Shown: in pieces, positions 47,877 through 57,142 of the stretch
Layout: each line of letters opens with the position of its first letter
Position numbering within the stretch: the stretch's first letter is position 1
Assembly (NCBI GenBank): GCA_039961715.1
Contig: JABRVW010000060.1
Coordinates: 22,949 to 86,948, forward strand
Source of the DNA: Ignavibacterium sp.
Lineage (GTDB): Bacteria; Bacteroidota; Ignavibacteria; UBA10030
Direction of reading: 5' to 3'
DNA: 64,000 nucleotides
Notes under the pieces: generated by a model
What the model saw: only the letters and a program-made list of their open reading frames with translations
Database searches by the model: none
Told to the model about the DNA's origin: nothing
Made by a program: the position numbers and the translations under genes

Positions 47877-48161
47877 TTACTCGATCTCAAAAATCATGTC
47901 AAATCGAGCAAAATGAAAGACATCCCTGATATGCTTGTTCATATTGATTAATTTCAGCTTCTTGCCCGACTGGCTCAGGCGCTTCTGGGTTGCCAGCAGA
48001 ACTCCCAGCCCGGCGCTGGAGATATACTGAAGCTCCTTGAAGTCCACCCTGGCGGAATCGTTGATCCTGCCCAATACTTCCGATGCTTTATCCGTTTGGG
48101 CGGCATCCAACCTCCCGCTCAAGACTACATCACCCTGATCGGTTATTCTGATATCAAACAT
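47877..48161 (-). CDS. STAS-domain anti-sigma-factor antagonist (RsbV/SpoIIAA-like)
   Basis: 94 aa. Phosphorylatable Ser motif ELQYISSAGLGVLL. Confidence 0.8.
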   Translation of the reverse strand: MFDIRITDQGDVVLSGRLDAAQTDKASEVLGRINDSARVDFKELQYISSAGLGVLLATQKRLSQSGKKLKLINMNKHIRDVFHFARFDMIFEIE

Positions 48162-48164
48162 TGC

Positions 48165-48566
48165 TTACTCCAGCGGCAGGTGAAACGAAATGATGCTCGT
48201 TCTATCCTGATGCTCATACTGAAGATTCTCGACAAGTTTCTGGACGAGGTAGATTCCCAGGCCGCCCGGCTTCCGTTCTTCCAGCGACCGTTTCAGATCG
48301 ACGCTCCTCTGCTTGCTGACGTCAAACGGATCGGAATCCGGATCGGTGATCCTGACCAGCACTTCCTTTCCGTCAGAAGCCAGATGCATGTGAATATCGC
48401 CTTTTCCGGACTGGTTGTACTTCACCATGTTTGTAAAGAGCTCTTCAACGGCAAGGTCAAGCACGTATCTTACCTTCTCGCTGACTGCATGAATCCGCGT
48501 GAACTCGTTTGTGAACTCAAACACGCTTTGAAGCTGTGCGAACGTGCGTTTGAAGGACCGGTCCAC
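48165..48566 (-). CDS. Anti-sigma regulatory factor / Ser-protein kinase (RsbW/SpoIIAB-like, HATPase_c)
   Basis: 133 aa. N-box EELFTNMVKYN. Placed 3 nt upstream of the STAS gene. Confidence 0.7.
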   Translation of the reverse strand: MDRSFKRTFAQLQSVFEFTNEFTRIHAVSEKVRYVLDLAVEELFTNMVKYNQSGKGDIHMHLASDGKEVLVRITDPDSDPFDVSKQRSVDLKRSLEERKPGGLGIYLVQKLVENLQYEHQDRTSIISFHLPLE

Positions 48567-48570
48567 GGCG

Positions 48571-49854
48571 TCAGGGTCCGCGTTTGTACACGATTCCCTC
48601 TTTCATAACAAATCCGATCTGCTCCAGGGTGCTGATGTCCTTCAACGGATCGCCGCGGGTTGCCACAATGTCCGCAAATGCTCCAGGGGTGATCTCGCCG
48701 ATCATTCCGTTCATCCCCAACAAGTCCGCCGCGACTGTGGTTGCCGACTTGATGGCCTGCATTGGGGTCATGCCCCATTGAACCATGTAGGAGAATTCCT
48801 TGGCCTGGTTCTCCGTCCACGCGAAACCTCCCGCATCGGTCCCAAACGCGATCTTCACGCCGGCTTTCAAGGCCCTGGCGAAGGTGAGCGGGAGCCGGTC
48901 TTTGAGGCTGAGAAAAACCGTATTGCCCTCGGCGGCCCTCCCCTCGGCCACCCACATGTTGACATGAATTGTTGGGCACCAGTACACTCCGTTCTTTACC
49001 ATTGAACGGATGCACTCGTCATCAAGTGCCTGCCCGTGCTCGATGGTCCGAGCGCCCGCGGCAATGGCTGCGAGCACACCATCCCGTGTCACCGCATGAG
49101 CGGCAAGCTTCTTGCGCAAACGAAGAGTCTCTTCCCCAATGGCTGTGATTTCCTCCTTTGTGAAATTCGGAATGCTCCTGAAGGTCCCGTCGGGAAGCTG
49201 ATAATAGCTCCCGTCCGCATAGATCTTGATCCAGTCGGCTCCGTACGAGACCTGTTCCCGCACTGCGCGCCGCGCCTCATCGACGCCGGTAATCTCCTGC
49301 ACACCTTTGGGCATGCGCAATTCCCAGGCGTAGGAAGAATTGTTCAGGAGATACCGTCCCGTGGTGCTGATCGATCGCGTGGCGACGAACATGCGCGGGC
49401 CGATGATCACTCCGTTGTTGATCGCTTTCTTCAAATCAACATCAGCATACATCGCGCCCTCAGTTTCAAGGTCGCGGATCGTTGTGAAGCCGTTCATGAG
49501 GGCTGTGGAACAGGCGCGCGCGGCACGGAGCGTCCGGTAGGGAATTGATTCTTTCAGGATCTGTTCGGCGTAGTCCTCGGTCGTGATGTCTCCCTGGAGC
49601 AGGACATGGGTGTGACAATCGATGAGGCCAGGAAGCACCGTGGCCGAGGACAGGTCAATGATTGTGGCGCCCGGAGGAATCGCGAGGTTCCTCCCAACCG
49701 CCGTGATCCGTGCGCCCTCAATGAGGATAACAGCATTCTCCAGCGGCGCGTCCGATCGCCCATCGATCAGCCTGCCGCATTGAACGGCGGTGATTTGGGC
49801 GGAGAGGAATGTGGGAGCGACAACAGCCAGGAAAAGCAACGTGCGGATCATCAT
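48571..49854 (-). CDS. Amidohydrolase family metal-dependent hydrolase, secreted
   Basis: Signal peptide. N-terminal composite-domain pattern ...LPGLIDCHTHV. 427 aa. Ends 4 nt before the RsbW-like gene. Confidence 0.75.
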   Translation of the reverse strand: MMIRTLLFLAVVAPTFLSAQITAVQCGRLIDGRSDAPLENAVILIEGARITAVGRNLAIPPGATIIDLSSATVLPGLIDCHTHVLLQGDITTEDYAEQILKESIPYRTLRAARACSTALMNGFTTIRDLETEGAMYADVDLKKAINNGVIIGPRMFVATRSISTTGRYLLNNSSYAWELRMPKGVQEITGVDEARRAVREQVSYGADWIKIYADGSYYQLPDGTFRSIPNFTKEEITAIGEETLRLRKKLAAHAVTRDGVLAAIAAGARTIEHGQALDDECIRSMVKNGVYWCPTIHVNMWVAEGRAAEGNTVFLSLKDRLPLTFARALKAGVKIAFGTDAGGFAWTENQAKEFSYMVQWGMTPMQAIKSATTVAADLLGMNGMIGEITPGAFADIVATRGDPLKDISTLEQIGFVMKEGIVYKRGP

Positions 49855-49913
49855 GCCTTCCTTTACGTGTCTGTTGCGGGATCGTGGCGGGGGGCAATAT
49901 GATACATGGGAGG

Positions 49914-50852
49914 CTAAGAGTCAAGGAACGGAAGAGTCTCCTGTTCCCCGATGTCGAGGAAGAGGATCCTTTCCGTGATGCCGGCGGTATCCGCCAGGGC
50001 GAGAAGCTGTTCAATCGCATACGTGGGCGAAGGATCGAATCCCTGGACAAGGGTTCTGTGATGCATCGGAAGCATCAGCCTGGCGCCGAGGTCCTGAAAG
50101 ACCTGCAACGCCTGTGCGGGATCGACATGATAGCGCTCCATGAAGTCCCGCGGTTCGATGGGTCCGATGGGCAGAATGGCGAGATCGATGCGAAAGCGGC
50201 GTCCGATCTCTTTGAATAACTCAGGATGGTACCCCGTGTCGCCGCCAAAAAACACCGTGATTCCTCTGTACTCGATGACCCATCCCGTGTATCCGCGGTC
50301 GCGCATCCAGAGCATGTCGAATCCGTACCTGCCGCTGAAGTGCTGAACGGGAACGGCCGTAATGCGAACGCCCTGATGTTCGATTGTTTCCCAGGGTCGC
50401 ATTTCCCTCATTTCTTCAAAACCCAATTCCGGCGTATAGGGAAGGGATCCGAGCGGAAGGAGAAGCTTCCCGTGCTTGGGAATTCTGTCCAGGCTGCCGA
50501 AGCTGAAGTGATCAAAGTGGATGTGGGATATGAGCGTGAAATCGACCTGTGAGAGGCGGGACGGGTCAAGGCCTGGGGCGATCGTCCGTTTCATCACCAT
50601 GCCGACGGTGTTCGTGAACAACGGATCAGTGAGAAACACTTTGTCGTGAATGTGAACCAGGACTGTGGCATGACCCGACCAGAGAACGGAGAACTTCCCC
50701 TCCGATGCATGAATTGTCTGCTCATGGACCGGCGCAGGTTCGATGGGCCTGCCGATCTGTTCCACGGACTTCATGAGGAACCTGCTCACCATGGAGCTGC
50801 AGCCTCCGAAGATCACAATGGTCGCGAGAGAAGCAAAGATTGGCCGAATCAT
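49914..50852 (-). CDS. MBL-fold metallo-hydrolase lipoprotein (COG2220/NAPE-PLD-like), paralog 1
   Basis: Start at MIRPIFASLATIVIFGGCSS (ATG 50852; the 136-codon extension is rejected). HIHFDH = HxHxDH motif. N-terminal WSGHATVLV pattern. Confidence 0.7.
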   Translation of the reverse strand: MIRPIFASLATIVIFGGCSSMVSRFLMKSVEQIGRPIEPAPVHEQTIHASEGKFSVLWSGHATVLVHIHDKVFLTDPLFTNTVGMVMKRTIAPGLDPSRLSQVDFTLISHIHFDHFSFGSLDRIPKHGKLLLPLGSLPYTPELGFEEMREMRPWETIEHQGVRITAVPVQHFSGRYGFDMLWMRDRGYTGWVIEYRGITVFFGGDTGYHPELFKEIGRRFRIDLAILPIGPIEPRDFMERYHVDPAQALQVFQDLGARLMLPMHHRTLVQGFDPSPTYAIEQLLALADTAGITERILFLDIGEQETLPFLDS

Positions 50853-51808
50853 GGGGTGACGGGCGGACGCGAAGAGGGGATTATGACCTGTTGCTCCCCG
50901 ACGTCGAGATCGACGATACGGTCGGAGAGGCCCATTTCGGCGGCAAGAGCCCGGAGCGTGATGATGGATTGAGCGGGATCCTGCTCGAAACCGTAAAAGA
51001 GGGTTTTGTGGTGAACCGGAAGCATGTAGTCTGCGCGGACATCCTGAAAAATCATCAATGCTCCGCGTGGGTGCACATGAATCCGCGACCCCACTTCCCA
51101 GGAACCGCCGGGACCGATCGGGATGACAGCAAGGTCGATCGTGAAGCGTCGACCGATCTCCTTGAAGTGCTCGGAGTGGTATCCTGTGTCCCCTGCGAAA
51201 AAGATCGTGAGGTCCTTGTATTGAACCACGTACCCCGTAAAGCCGTGATCCCGCATCCATGCGCCGTCGAAGCCGTATCGCCCGCTGAAATGCTGGACTG
51301 GAACTGCGGTAATGGTCAGACCGGAATCTTCAATCGATTCCCAGGGGGAGAGCTCATAGACTGCGCGGAAACCGAATTCAGGCGTGTAACGAAGGGCGCC
51401 GAGGGGGATTGCCAGGATGCCATTTCGGGGAAGCTGTTCGATGCTTCCGTAGCTGAAATGGTCAAAATGCGTGTGCGAAATCAGCGTTGCGTCGAGCTTG
51501 GGGAGGATGGCTGGATCGATACCCGGGGCGATGTAGCGTTTAACCACGATGCCCACGGTGCCTGTGAACAACGGATCGGTCATGACCAGCTTGTCGTACA
51601 TCTGGATGAGCGCCGTTGCATGGCCCACCCAGGCGACGGCAAGATCTGCCGACGGCTGGATGGGTTGGGTAATCATCGACGGAGCGGGCGCGATGGGTTC
51701 GTTGATGCGGCTCATGGAACGCGTGAACATCCGCGCGGCCCAGGTACTGCAGCCGGCCAGAAGGAGGGCAAGGCCGAGAGATGCCAGGGAGAGAAGCCGG
51801 CGCCTCAT
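50849..51808 (-). CDS. MBL-fold metallo-hydrolase lipoprotein, paralog 2
   Basis: Lipoprotein signal LLLAGCS. HTHFDH motif. Collinear similarity to paralog 1. ATGA overlap with paralog 1. Start at 51808 (or 51841). Confidence 0.7.
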   Translation of the reverse strand: MRRRLLSLASLGLALLLAGCSTWAARMFTRSMSRINEPIAPAPSMITQPIQPSADLAVAWVGHATALIQMYDKLVMTDPLFTGTVGIVVKRYIAPGIDPAILPKLDATLISHTHFDHFSYGSIEQLPRNGILAIPLGALRYTPEFGFRAVYELSPWESIEDSGLTITAVPVQHFSGRYGFDGAWMRDHGFTGYVVQYKDLTIFFAGDTGYHSEHFKEIGRRFTIDLAVIPIGPGGSWEVGSRIHVHPRGALMIFQDVRADYMLPVHHKTLFYGFEQDPAQSIITLRALAAEMGLSDRIVDLDVGEQQVIIPSSRPPVTP

Positions 51809-52344
51809 CAAAACACCCTGAATTCCAGTGATCCGATCCATGCGGTGGGGTTGTCGGCATGCTTGAGGTTAAGATGGAGCATGCCGAAGAGCGTGGAGAT
51901 GCCGGCAATTTTGAACACGCATGTGGTTCCGGCGACGCGGTGTGCTCCCACCCCCAGGTTCAGCGTCAAATGCTCGCCGCGTTCGGACAGCGGAATGAAT
52001 CCCATGATTCTGGCATACGAGCCGAAATACGACGAGCCGAGCTTGGATGTATAGATCTGTCCTGCAACGCTCAGCTCAACGGATCCCGTGAAACGGGCGG
52101 TCGGTTCGACGATGAAGGTGTACCAGGGGGAGACGTACCGGTTGATGCCGAAGGAGTACAGGAGCGGCGTGACTTCCCACTCGAATCCAAAGTTGGAGGT
52201 GTGGGCATCGTTATAGAGCGTAAGCGTGGGGAGGAACTGAAGCGGAAGCCAGACGGAGAATTTGTCGGCGTTTTCCTGGGACAATTGCGCGTGTGCTCTG
52301 GGAACCACACACACCAGAGCAATGACGAGAAGAGTTGTTTTCAT
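51808..52344 (-). CDS. Small outer-membrane beta-barrel protein (OmpW/PagL-size)
   Basis: Signal peptide MKTTLLVIALVCVVPRAHAQ. About 8 amphipathic beta-strands. C-terminal ...LEFRVF. Stop overlaps the paralog-2 start. Confidence 0.45.
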   Translation of the reverse strand: MKTTLLVIALVCVVPRAHAQLSQENADKFSVWLPLQFLPTLTLYNDAHTSNFGFEWEVTPLLYSFGINRYVSPWYTFIVEPTARFTGSVELSVAGQIYTSKLGSSYFGSYARIMGFIPLSERGEHLTLNLGVGAHRVAGTTCVFKIAGISTLFGMLHLNLKHADNPTAWIGSLEFRVF

Positions 52345-52504
52345 GGCAATTGATATAACGCACCGGCATTTCTCAAAGTTCTGTAAAGTAAGAACAAAAG
52401 CAGATGAAGCCAAGGCCAAATGAGAAGACAGAAACCGGACCCAACGTCCGCATCAACAGCGGACGTTGGATCGTACCGGGGATGTGAAACAGGTCCCTTG
52501 AGCT

Positions 52505-52753
52505 TTACGGATTCCTTTTCAGGACAAACTCCTCAGGAAGCACATACATCCCCGTGTCAGGCACGGAAGTCATGTACATCGTATCCGGTACCGAAGTGGC
52601 CACCCTGCCCGTGTCGGGTACAGAGGTCACGAGGTACACGTTGCTATGGAGTCTTTTCGCGCGGATCTCCGTTTGCTCCGGGCAGCAGTCACATCCCGCC
52701 GTTCCGAGAACGAAGAGAAGGAAAGCGCCGAGGATGGGGAATTGACGGTTCAT
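52505..52753 (-). CDS. Small lipoprotein with three TSVPDTG-like repeats
   Basis: Lipobox LGTAGC followed by DCC. Internal repeats VTSVPDTGRV / ATSVPDTMYM / TSVPDTGMYV. Confidence 0.35.
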   Translation of the reverse strand: MNRQFPILGAFLLFVLGTAGCDCCPEQTEIRAKRLHSNVYLVTSVPDTGRVATSVPDTMYMTSVPDTGMYVLPEEFVLKRNP

Positions 52754-52783
52754 AAGTCCTCCCGTTTGAAGTGGACAAGTGAA

Positions 52784-55700
52784 TTAGGAAGCCGAGAGGC
52801 GGTCGAGCATCAATCGGACCACCCGGGCTTTTTGATGCGAATCATCGGCTTCGCTCCATGCTTCGGCGGCTTGTTTCAGGTGATACAAAGCTTGCTCGTT
52901 GCGGCCAATTGTTGCGTACCGAAGGCCCATCTCCGCGTGGAGGCCCGGCCATAGTTCTGTGATCCAAAAACCATTGGATCTCAACGAAATGAACACACCA
53001 GTGACCACCTCCCCCCGGTGACGAAGGATCGATTGTGAAACGGCGGCCCACGACGAATCGGAGACCCGGAAGAACCCCTCTGCAATCCTTGCCTGTGCGA
53101 GAAAATACAGTGGATCCCCTGCATGAATCTTCCGGATAGAATGGAACTTCTGAAGGGCATCTTCGACCAGTCCCCGCTCCAGATCAAGCTCGGCGAGGAT
53201 AAAATTCCTGAAGTCGTCCTTGCGTTTCAGAAAGTAAGGGTCTATGCTGTTGAGGCGGTTGAAGCGACGCACGATGCCAGCGGCCTTTTCCACAAATCCT
53301 TTGCGTGCAAAGCTGCTTCCGACAAACAAGTACTCCAGGAACGGGGAAGTGGAAAGCCCAAGGGCCTGCTCCATGAGTCGGTGATAGTCGGGAACGTCAC
53401 CAAAGTCAAACGAAAGCTCGCCGAGCAAATAGAGAAACCACGTTTCCTCTTTGGTTCTCTTCAATGTATGGCTAAGCCACAACCCCTCCTGACAATAACG
53501 CCTGGCCTCCGAGAAGCGTCCTCGGAAGTGACAGAATGAAGCAAGATTGAGCAACGCCTGAAGCCGGGTGGCATCATCCCCCACATTCAAAACGTGTCGA
53601 AGAATCACCTCGGATGAGTCAAAACGTTCAGCACACCACCAGGCGCGGGCTCTATAAATATCAATCGTATGATAGGAGGGCCGCAGGGCTTTGCTCTTTG
53701 CGTAGTAATCAAGTGCTTGATGGGGATCTCCGGCAAGGGAAAGCGCAAATCCCATGTTGTTGAAGACCGGGCCGGCATATACGGAATCCAACGAGAGGTA
53801 CTGCTTGCCCGTTTCGACTGACCGGACAAAATCGCCGGCGAACATTGCAAGGTGCGCCAGTGTTGGAAGGCCTTCCGGGCTGTTGGGGTAACGGACGACG
53901 AGATTTTGGAGACTCTCGTAAGCTTTTTGAAAATCAAGTTCAAAACTCGGCCCATAGTATACTGAAAGGATGTAAAACTTCTCCCGATCGGTTACACGGT
54001 GGATCAACGGGAGAACGCGGCGATGAAATTCAAGAGCCAGACTGTCGTTTCCCAGTTTGCGATGAATGTAGGAGAGATCGCTGACAGCCATGGTGAACAG
54101 CGAATCCAGCTCCACCGCCCGTCCCTTCAGGATGGCGGCTTCTTGGTATTTTCCCTGCCGCTCCAGCACGTCTCCGCGTGAGTACAACTCAAGTGCTTCC
54201 AGAGACCTCGTGGTGACTTCCACAAGGGGCAACGTTGTGCGAGAGATTTCCGACAGGGACTCTCCAAGCGATTCCCGAATATCCTCAGCGAGGCGGTCGA
54301 CGCCCGAAAGAATGTTTTCGAGTGATGCGACTTCCTGCCTGTGGAGAGCCACAGCTTCTCCGGAACCCGCATCGATGATCTTTCCGGTAAGGACGTATGT
54401 TGATCCCAGGCGACCGATCGATGCGGACAACACCACCCGCGCTCCTACCCGGCGTGCCAGCGACACCCCGGTCGATTCGCCGACAAAGACGTCAGGAGAG
54501 AGATCCATGAGGGGGAGGGTTGTGTACAGGCGTTCCGCCGGGAGGATGTTGAAATGAGACGACTGGCGCAGTGAAACGCGTATGGCCTCCTTGATCGAAG
54601 AATCAAACCGGCTGTCGCCGGTCTCATTCACAATATCGGTGATAAGGACGTAGTCCCGGGGAGAAATGTCTACGGACGGAGTCCTTGTCACCATGAACCA
54701 GATTGTGCCCATGCCCAGGAAGAGGAGAGTGCCGGAGAGGAGAGTCCTTGTCGACGGTCGACGTTGCATCGTGGGGCTCTTCACGTCCCCGAGCGACGGG
54801 GTCTGAAGGCTTCTCAGGACCTCATCCATGGATCGAGGCCGAAGCAAAGGATCCTTTTGCAGACAACGCGTGCAGAGATGCGCGAGTTCATGGGGGATGT
54901 TGGAACGGAGATTTTTGGGCGAAGGGGGATCCTCCTGGGTGATGGCGTATATCATGGCAGGGGCATGCTCGCCGCGAAATGGGAGCTGGCCGGTCAGCAT
55001 TTGAAAAAGAACCACGCCCAGTGACCAGAGGTCGCTCCGTTCGTCCGTGCCCTGTCCGTTCAGCTGCTCGGGGGCCATATAGGCGATACTTCCCAAAACG
55101 GTTCCGCGTTCGGAGACAGTAGAAAGACTGGCAATCTTTGCCACGCCGAAATCGAGGATCTTCACAACGCCATCGCTTGTCACGATGACGTTTGCCGGCT
55201 TGATGTCGCGATGGAGGATTCCATGAAGGTGGGCCGCGCGGATGCCTTGGGCAATTTGGATCACGATAGCCCTGGCCCGTTCGGGAGGAAGAGGCCCCTC
55301 CTCAAGGATGTCCTGAAGTGTTCTCCCTTCCACATATTCCATTGCGATGAAACTGCGAGTTTCCTTTGTCAGAGGATCTTCGGCTGATCCCAGCTCAAAA
55401 ATTCCCGCAATGTTGGGATGGGTCAGGCGTGCCGCCGCCTGGGCTTCGCGCGAAAAACGGACCTGTTCCTCGTGGGAGACATTTTTGTCGAGCGGCAGGA
55501 ACTTCAGGGCGACTGGCCTGTGGAGGGACGTATCTTCGGCCTTATATACAACCCCCATTCCGCCCTCCCCCAGCTTCTCAAGAATGTTGTAATGAGATAT
55601 GGTTCGGCCGATCAAGGCACACCCCGTGTCGTGACACCATGATGACGGCGTGAATCGGAACGCTGTGAGAACCCGGAGAGAATTGTCTCCCAGGATTCCC

Positions 55701-55864
55701 CTTGATGAGTGGTGGTGAATCAGCTGAGAAAGCAAACAAAAGTAGTTATTTGACCACCGAGAGTCAAACAGTTCCCGGGGTCCTGATTTCGCCTGAAAAA
55801 TTGACGTTTTGCCACCGATTCGAGTCCCGATGGAGCGGAATTGGAAGGAAAGAATCCCTGGCAC
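52784..55864 (-). CDS. Hanks-type Ser/Thr protein kinase with TM segment and C-terminal TPR repeats
   Basis: Kinase subdomains LGEGGMGVVYKA, VALKFL, HRDIKPANVI, DFGVAK. A TM helix after the kinase domain, then an extracytoplasmic TPR-rich domain of about 600 aa. The N-terminal 90 aa of the ORF precede the kinase domain, so the true start may be an internal non-ATG codon. Confidence 0.75.
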   Translation of the reverse strand: MPGILSFQFRSIGTRIGGKTSIFQAKSGPRELFDSRWSNNYFCLLSQLIHHHSSRGILGDNSLRVLTAFRFTPSSWCHDTGCALIGRTISHYNILEKLGEGGMGVVYKAEDTSLHRPVALKFLPLDKNVSHEEQVRFSREAQAAARLTHPNIAGIFELGSAEDPLTKETRSFIAMEYVEGRTLQDILEEGPLPPERARAIVIQIAQGIRAAHLHGILHRDIKPANVIVTSDGVVKILDFGVAKIASLSTVSERGTVLGSIAYMAPEQLNGQGTDERSDLWSLGVVLFQMLTGQLPFRGEHAPAMIYAITQEDPPSPKNLRSNIPHELAHLCTRCLQKDPLLRPRSMDEVLRSLQTPSLGDVKSPTMQRRPSTRTLLSGTLLFLGMGTIWFMVTRTPSVDISPRDYVLITDIVNETGDSRFDSSIKEAIRVSLRQSSHFNILPAERLYTTLPLMDLSPDVFVGESTGVSLARRVGARVVLSASIGRLGSTYVLTGKIIDAGSGEAVALHRQEVASLENILSGVDRLAEDIRESLGESLSEISRTTLPLVEVTTRSLEALELYSRGDVLERQGKYQEAAILKGRAVELDSLFTMAVSDLSYIHRKLGNDSLALEFHRRVLPLIHRVTDREKFYILSVYYGPSFELDFQKAYESLQNLVVRYPNSPEGLPTLAHLAMFAGDFVRSVETGKQYLSLDSVYAGPVFNNMGFALSLAGDPHQALDYYAKSKALRPSYHTIDIYRARAWWCAERFDSSEVILRHVLNVGDDATRLQALLNLASFCHFRGRFSEARRYCQEGLWLSHTLKRTKEETWFLYLLGELSFDFGDVPDYHRLMEQALGLSTSPFLEYLFVGSSFARKGFVEKAAGIVRRFNRLNSIDPYFLKRKDDFRNFILAELDLERGLVEDALQKFHSIRKIHAGDPLYFLAQARIAEGFFRVSDSSWAAVSQSILRHRGEVVTGVFISLRSNGFWITELWPGLHAEMGLRYATIGRNEQALYHLKQAAEAWSEADDSHQKARVVRLMLDRLSAS

Positions 55865-55947
55865 GTGGCCCTCACGGCCTGTATTGCCGGGAACTCAATC
55901 TTGTTGTACTGCGGAAGGAGGGCTGGGGAAAAACAGAAAATTGAACG

Positions 55948-56151
55948 TTACAATTTCGAGAGCTGGGAACCGGCATCCGCCCCGATGTCGCCGTAGCTCA
56001 CAAGTGTGTTGCCGTCGTTGTCGACCTCGAACTCGACGACCACCCCCGCCTGCATGAGGATGCTGAACAGGCGTGTTTCGTCGTATCCCTTCAGATTGGG
56101 AAACTGGCCGTGGATTGTGGCGAGGAACTGATCGTATGGCACTTTCGGCAT
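55948..56151 (-). CDS. Small hypothetical protein (67 aa)
   Basis: ORF only. No recognisable motif. Confidence 0.2.
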   Translation of the reverse strand: MPKVPYDQFLATIHGQFPNLKGYDETRLFSILMQAGVVVEFEVDNDGNTLVSYGDIGADAGSQLSKL

Positions 56152-56244
56152 CACACAAATCCTTTCATCCTGATGCACCACGCACATTCCGAAAAATACT
56201 CAACATGGATAAACCTCCAATGACGTGCGTCACTCCGGGCGATG

Positions 56245-57003
56245 TCAGCCGAAACTCTTCAAAGCCACGACATTGAATCCTTCGACCTTCAGGTCATCAG
56301 ACGTTGCCGCGCTTCCCTGCCGGGCGGGGTCCAATGCGATTTTCCATTGGACCAGGTCGGTGAAGGTGTGCTTTACCTTCGCGACGAGTTCAGAAAAGAG
56401 CCCGCTTTGTTCGTAGGCCGCGGCGCTTTCCCTGGAATCCCAGATCGTAACGGACAGCGATTCCCTGCTCCCGCGGGAAGGCATGATCAGAAAGGCGTGG
56501 AGACAACCTTTGGCGGCCTGGAGTGCAGGGATGATCTCGTTGAGGTAAAGCGTGTGGTACTCGTCTTTCTTTTCGGGTTTCAGCATCACGGAAAGAATGC
56601 GCAAATACAAATGATTGCCCTTGAATCCGAGGTCCTGCTTCGTCGGGAGGTCGAGAGAGACCGGGTAGGCGGAGATCGCGGGCTCCTGGGGAAGTTTTGA
56701 ATACTCCAGCTTCATGTCATGGGAAAGGCCCATACGCCATTCGGTCGTTTCGTGGAGAAAAGGCCGGACACGGCCCATGAGTTCCGCAAAGAGCCCGCTT
56801 TCGACATACGCCTCTGCATCGGCCACTGTTTCCCACAGGGTGAGAGAGACAAAATCCTCAGGATTCTTTGCGCTCTGCATCAGCGCGGCGTGCAGACAGC
56901 CCGGCACGCCGCCGAGGGCGGGAATGATCGATTCGGTGTAGGCGCTCTGAAGCGAATCGATTGCCGACGGTATTGCTTTAGCCCGAACAAGCCGGAGGTA
57001 CAT
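56245..57003 (-). CDS. Tandem ABM/Dabb (antibiotic-biosynthesis-monooxygenase-like) domain protein
   Basis: Internal duplication: ...SLTLWETVADAEAYVESGLFAEL... and ...SVTIWDSRESAAAYEQSGLFSEL... Confidence 0.5.
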   Translation of the reverse strand: MYLRLVRAKAIPSAIDSLQSAYTESIIPALGGVPGCLHAALMQSAKNPEDFVSLTLWETVADAEAYVESGLFAELMGRVRPFLHETTEWRMGLSHDMKLEYSKLPQEPAISAYPVSLDLPTKQDLGFKGNHLYLRILSVMLKPEKKDEYHTLYLNEIIPALQAAKGCLHAFLIMPSRGSRESLSVTIWDSRESAAAYEQSGLFSELVAKVKHTFTDLVQWKIALDPARQGSAATSDDLKVEGFNVVALKSFG

Positions 57004-57142
57004 TGCAGGAGAAACCTCCCAGATTCTCGTCGTGTATCAGTTACCTCATGCTTTCCGTGTACATGACGCAGAGAACCGCCGAGACAAAAAAAGAGGACCA
57101 CAGAGAAACGCTTTGCATGTCCAAGATGACGCCATACCTTAT

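Noticed and set aside
49914-51260. Long 5' extensions of ORF-track entries (49914..51260, 57971..59542, 59443..61692, 40138..41232, 13962..15434, 12879..13514, 13472..13948)
   Set aside because: Internal ATGs give products that start at signal peptides or conserved N-termini and create canonical 4-nt overlaps with neighbours. The extensions are Arg/Pro/Gly-rich high-GC read-through.
52439-52469. 11-bp stem hairpin ccaacgtccgc / gcggacgttgg downstream of the small lipoprotein gene
   Set aside because: No U-tract on either strand. It could be a weak terminator or 5'-UTR structure, but support is insufficient.
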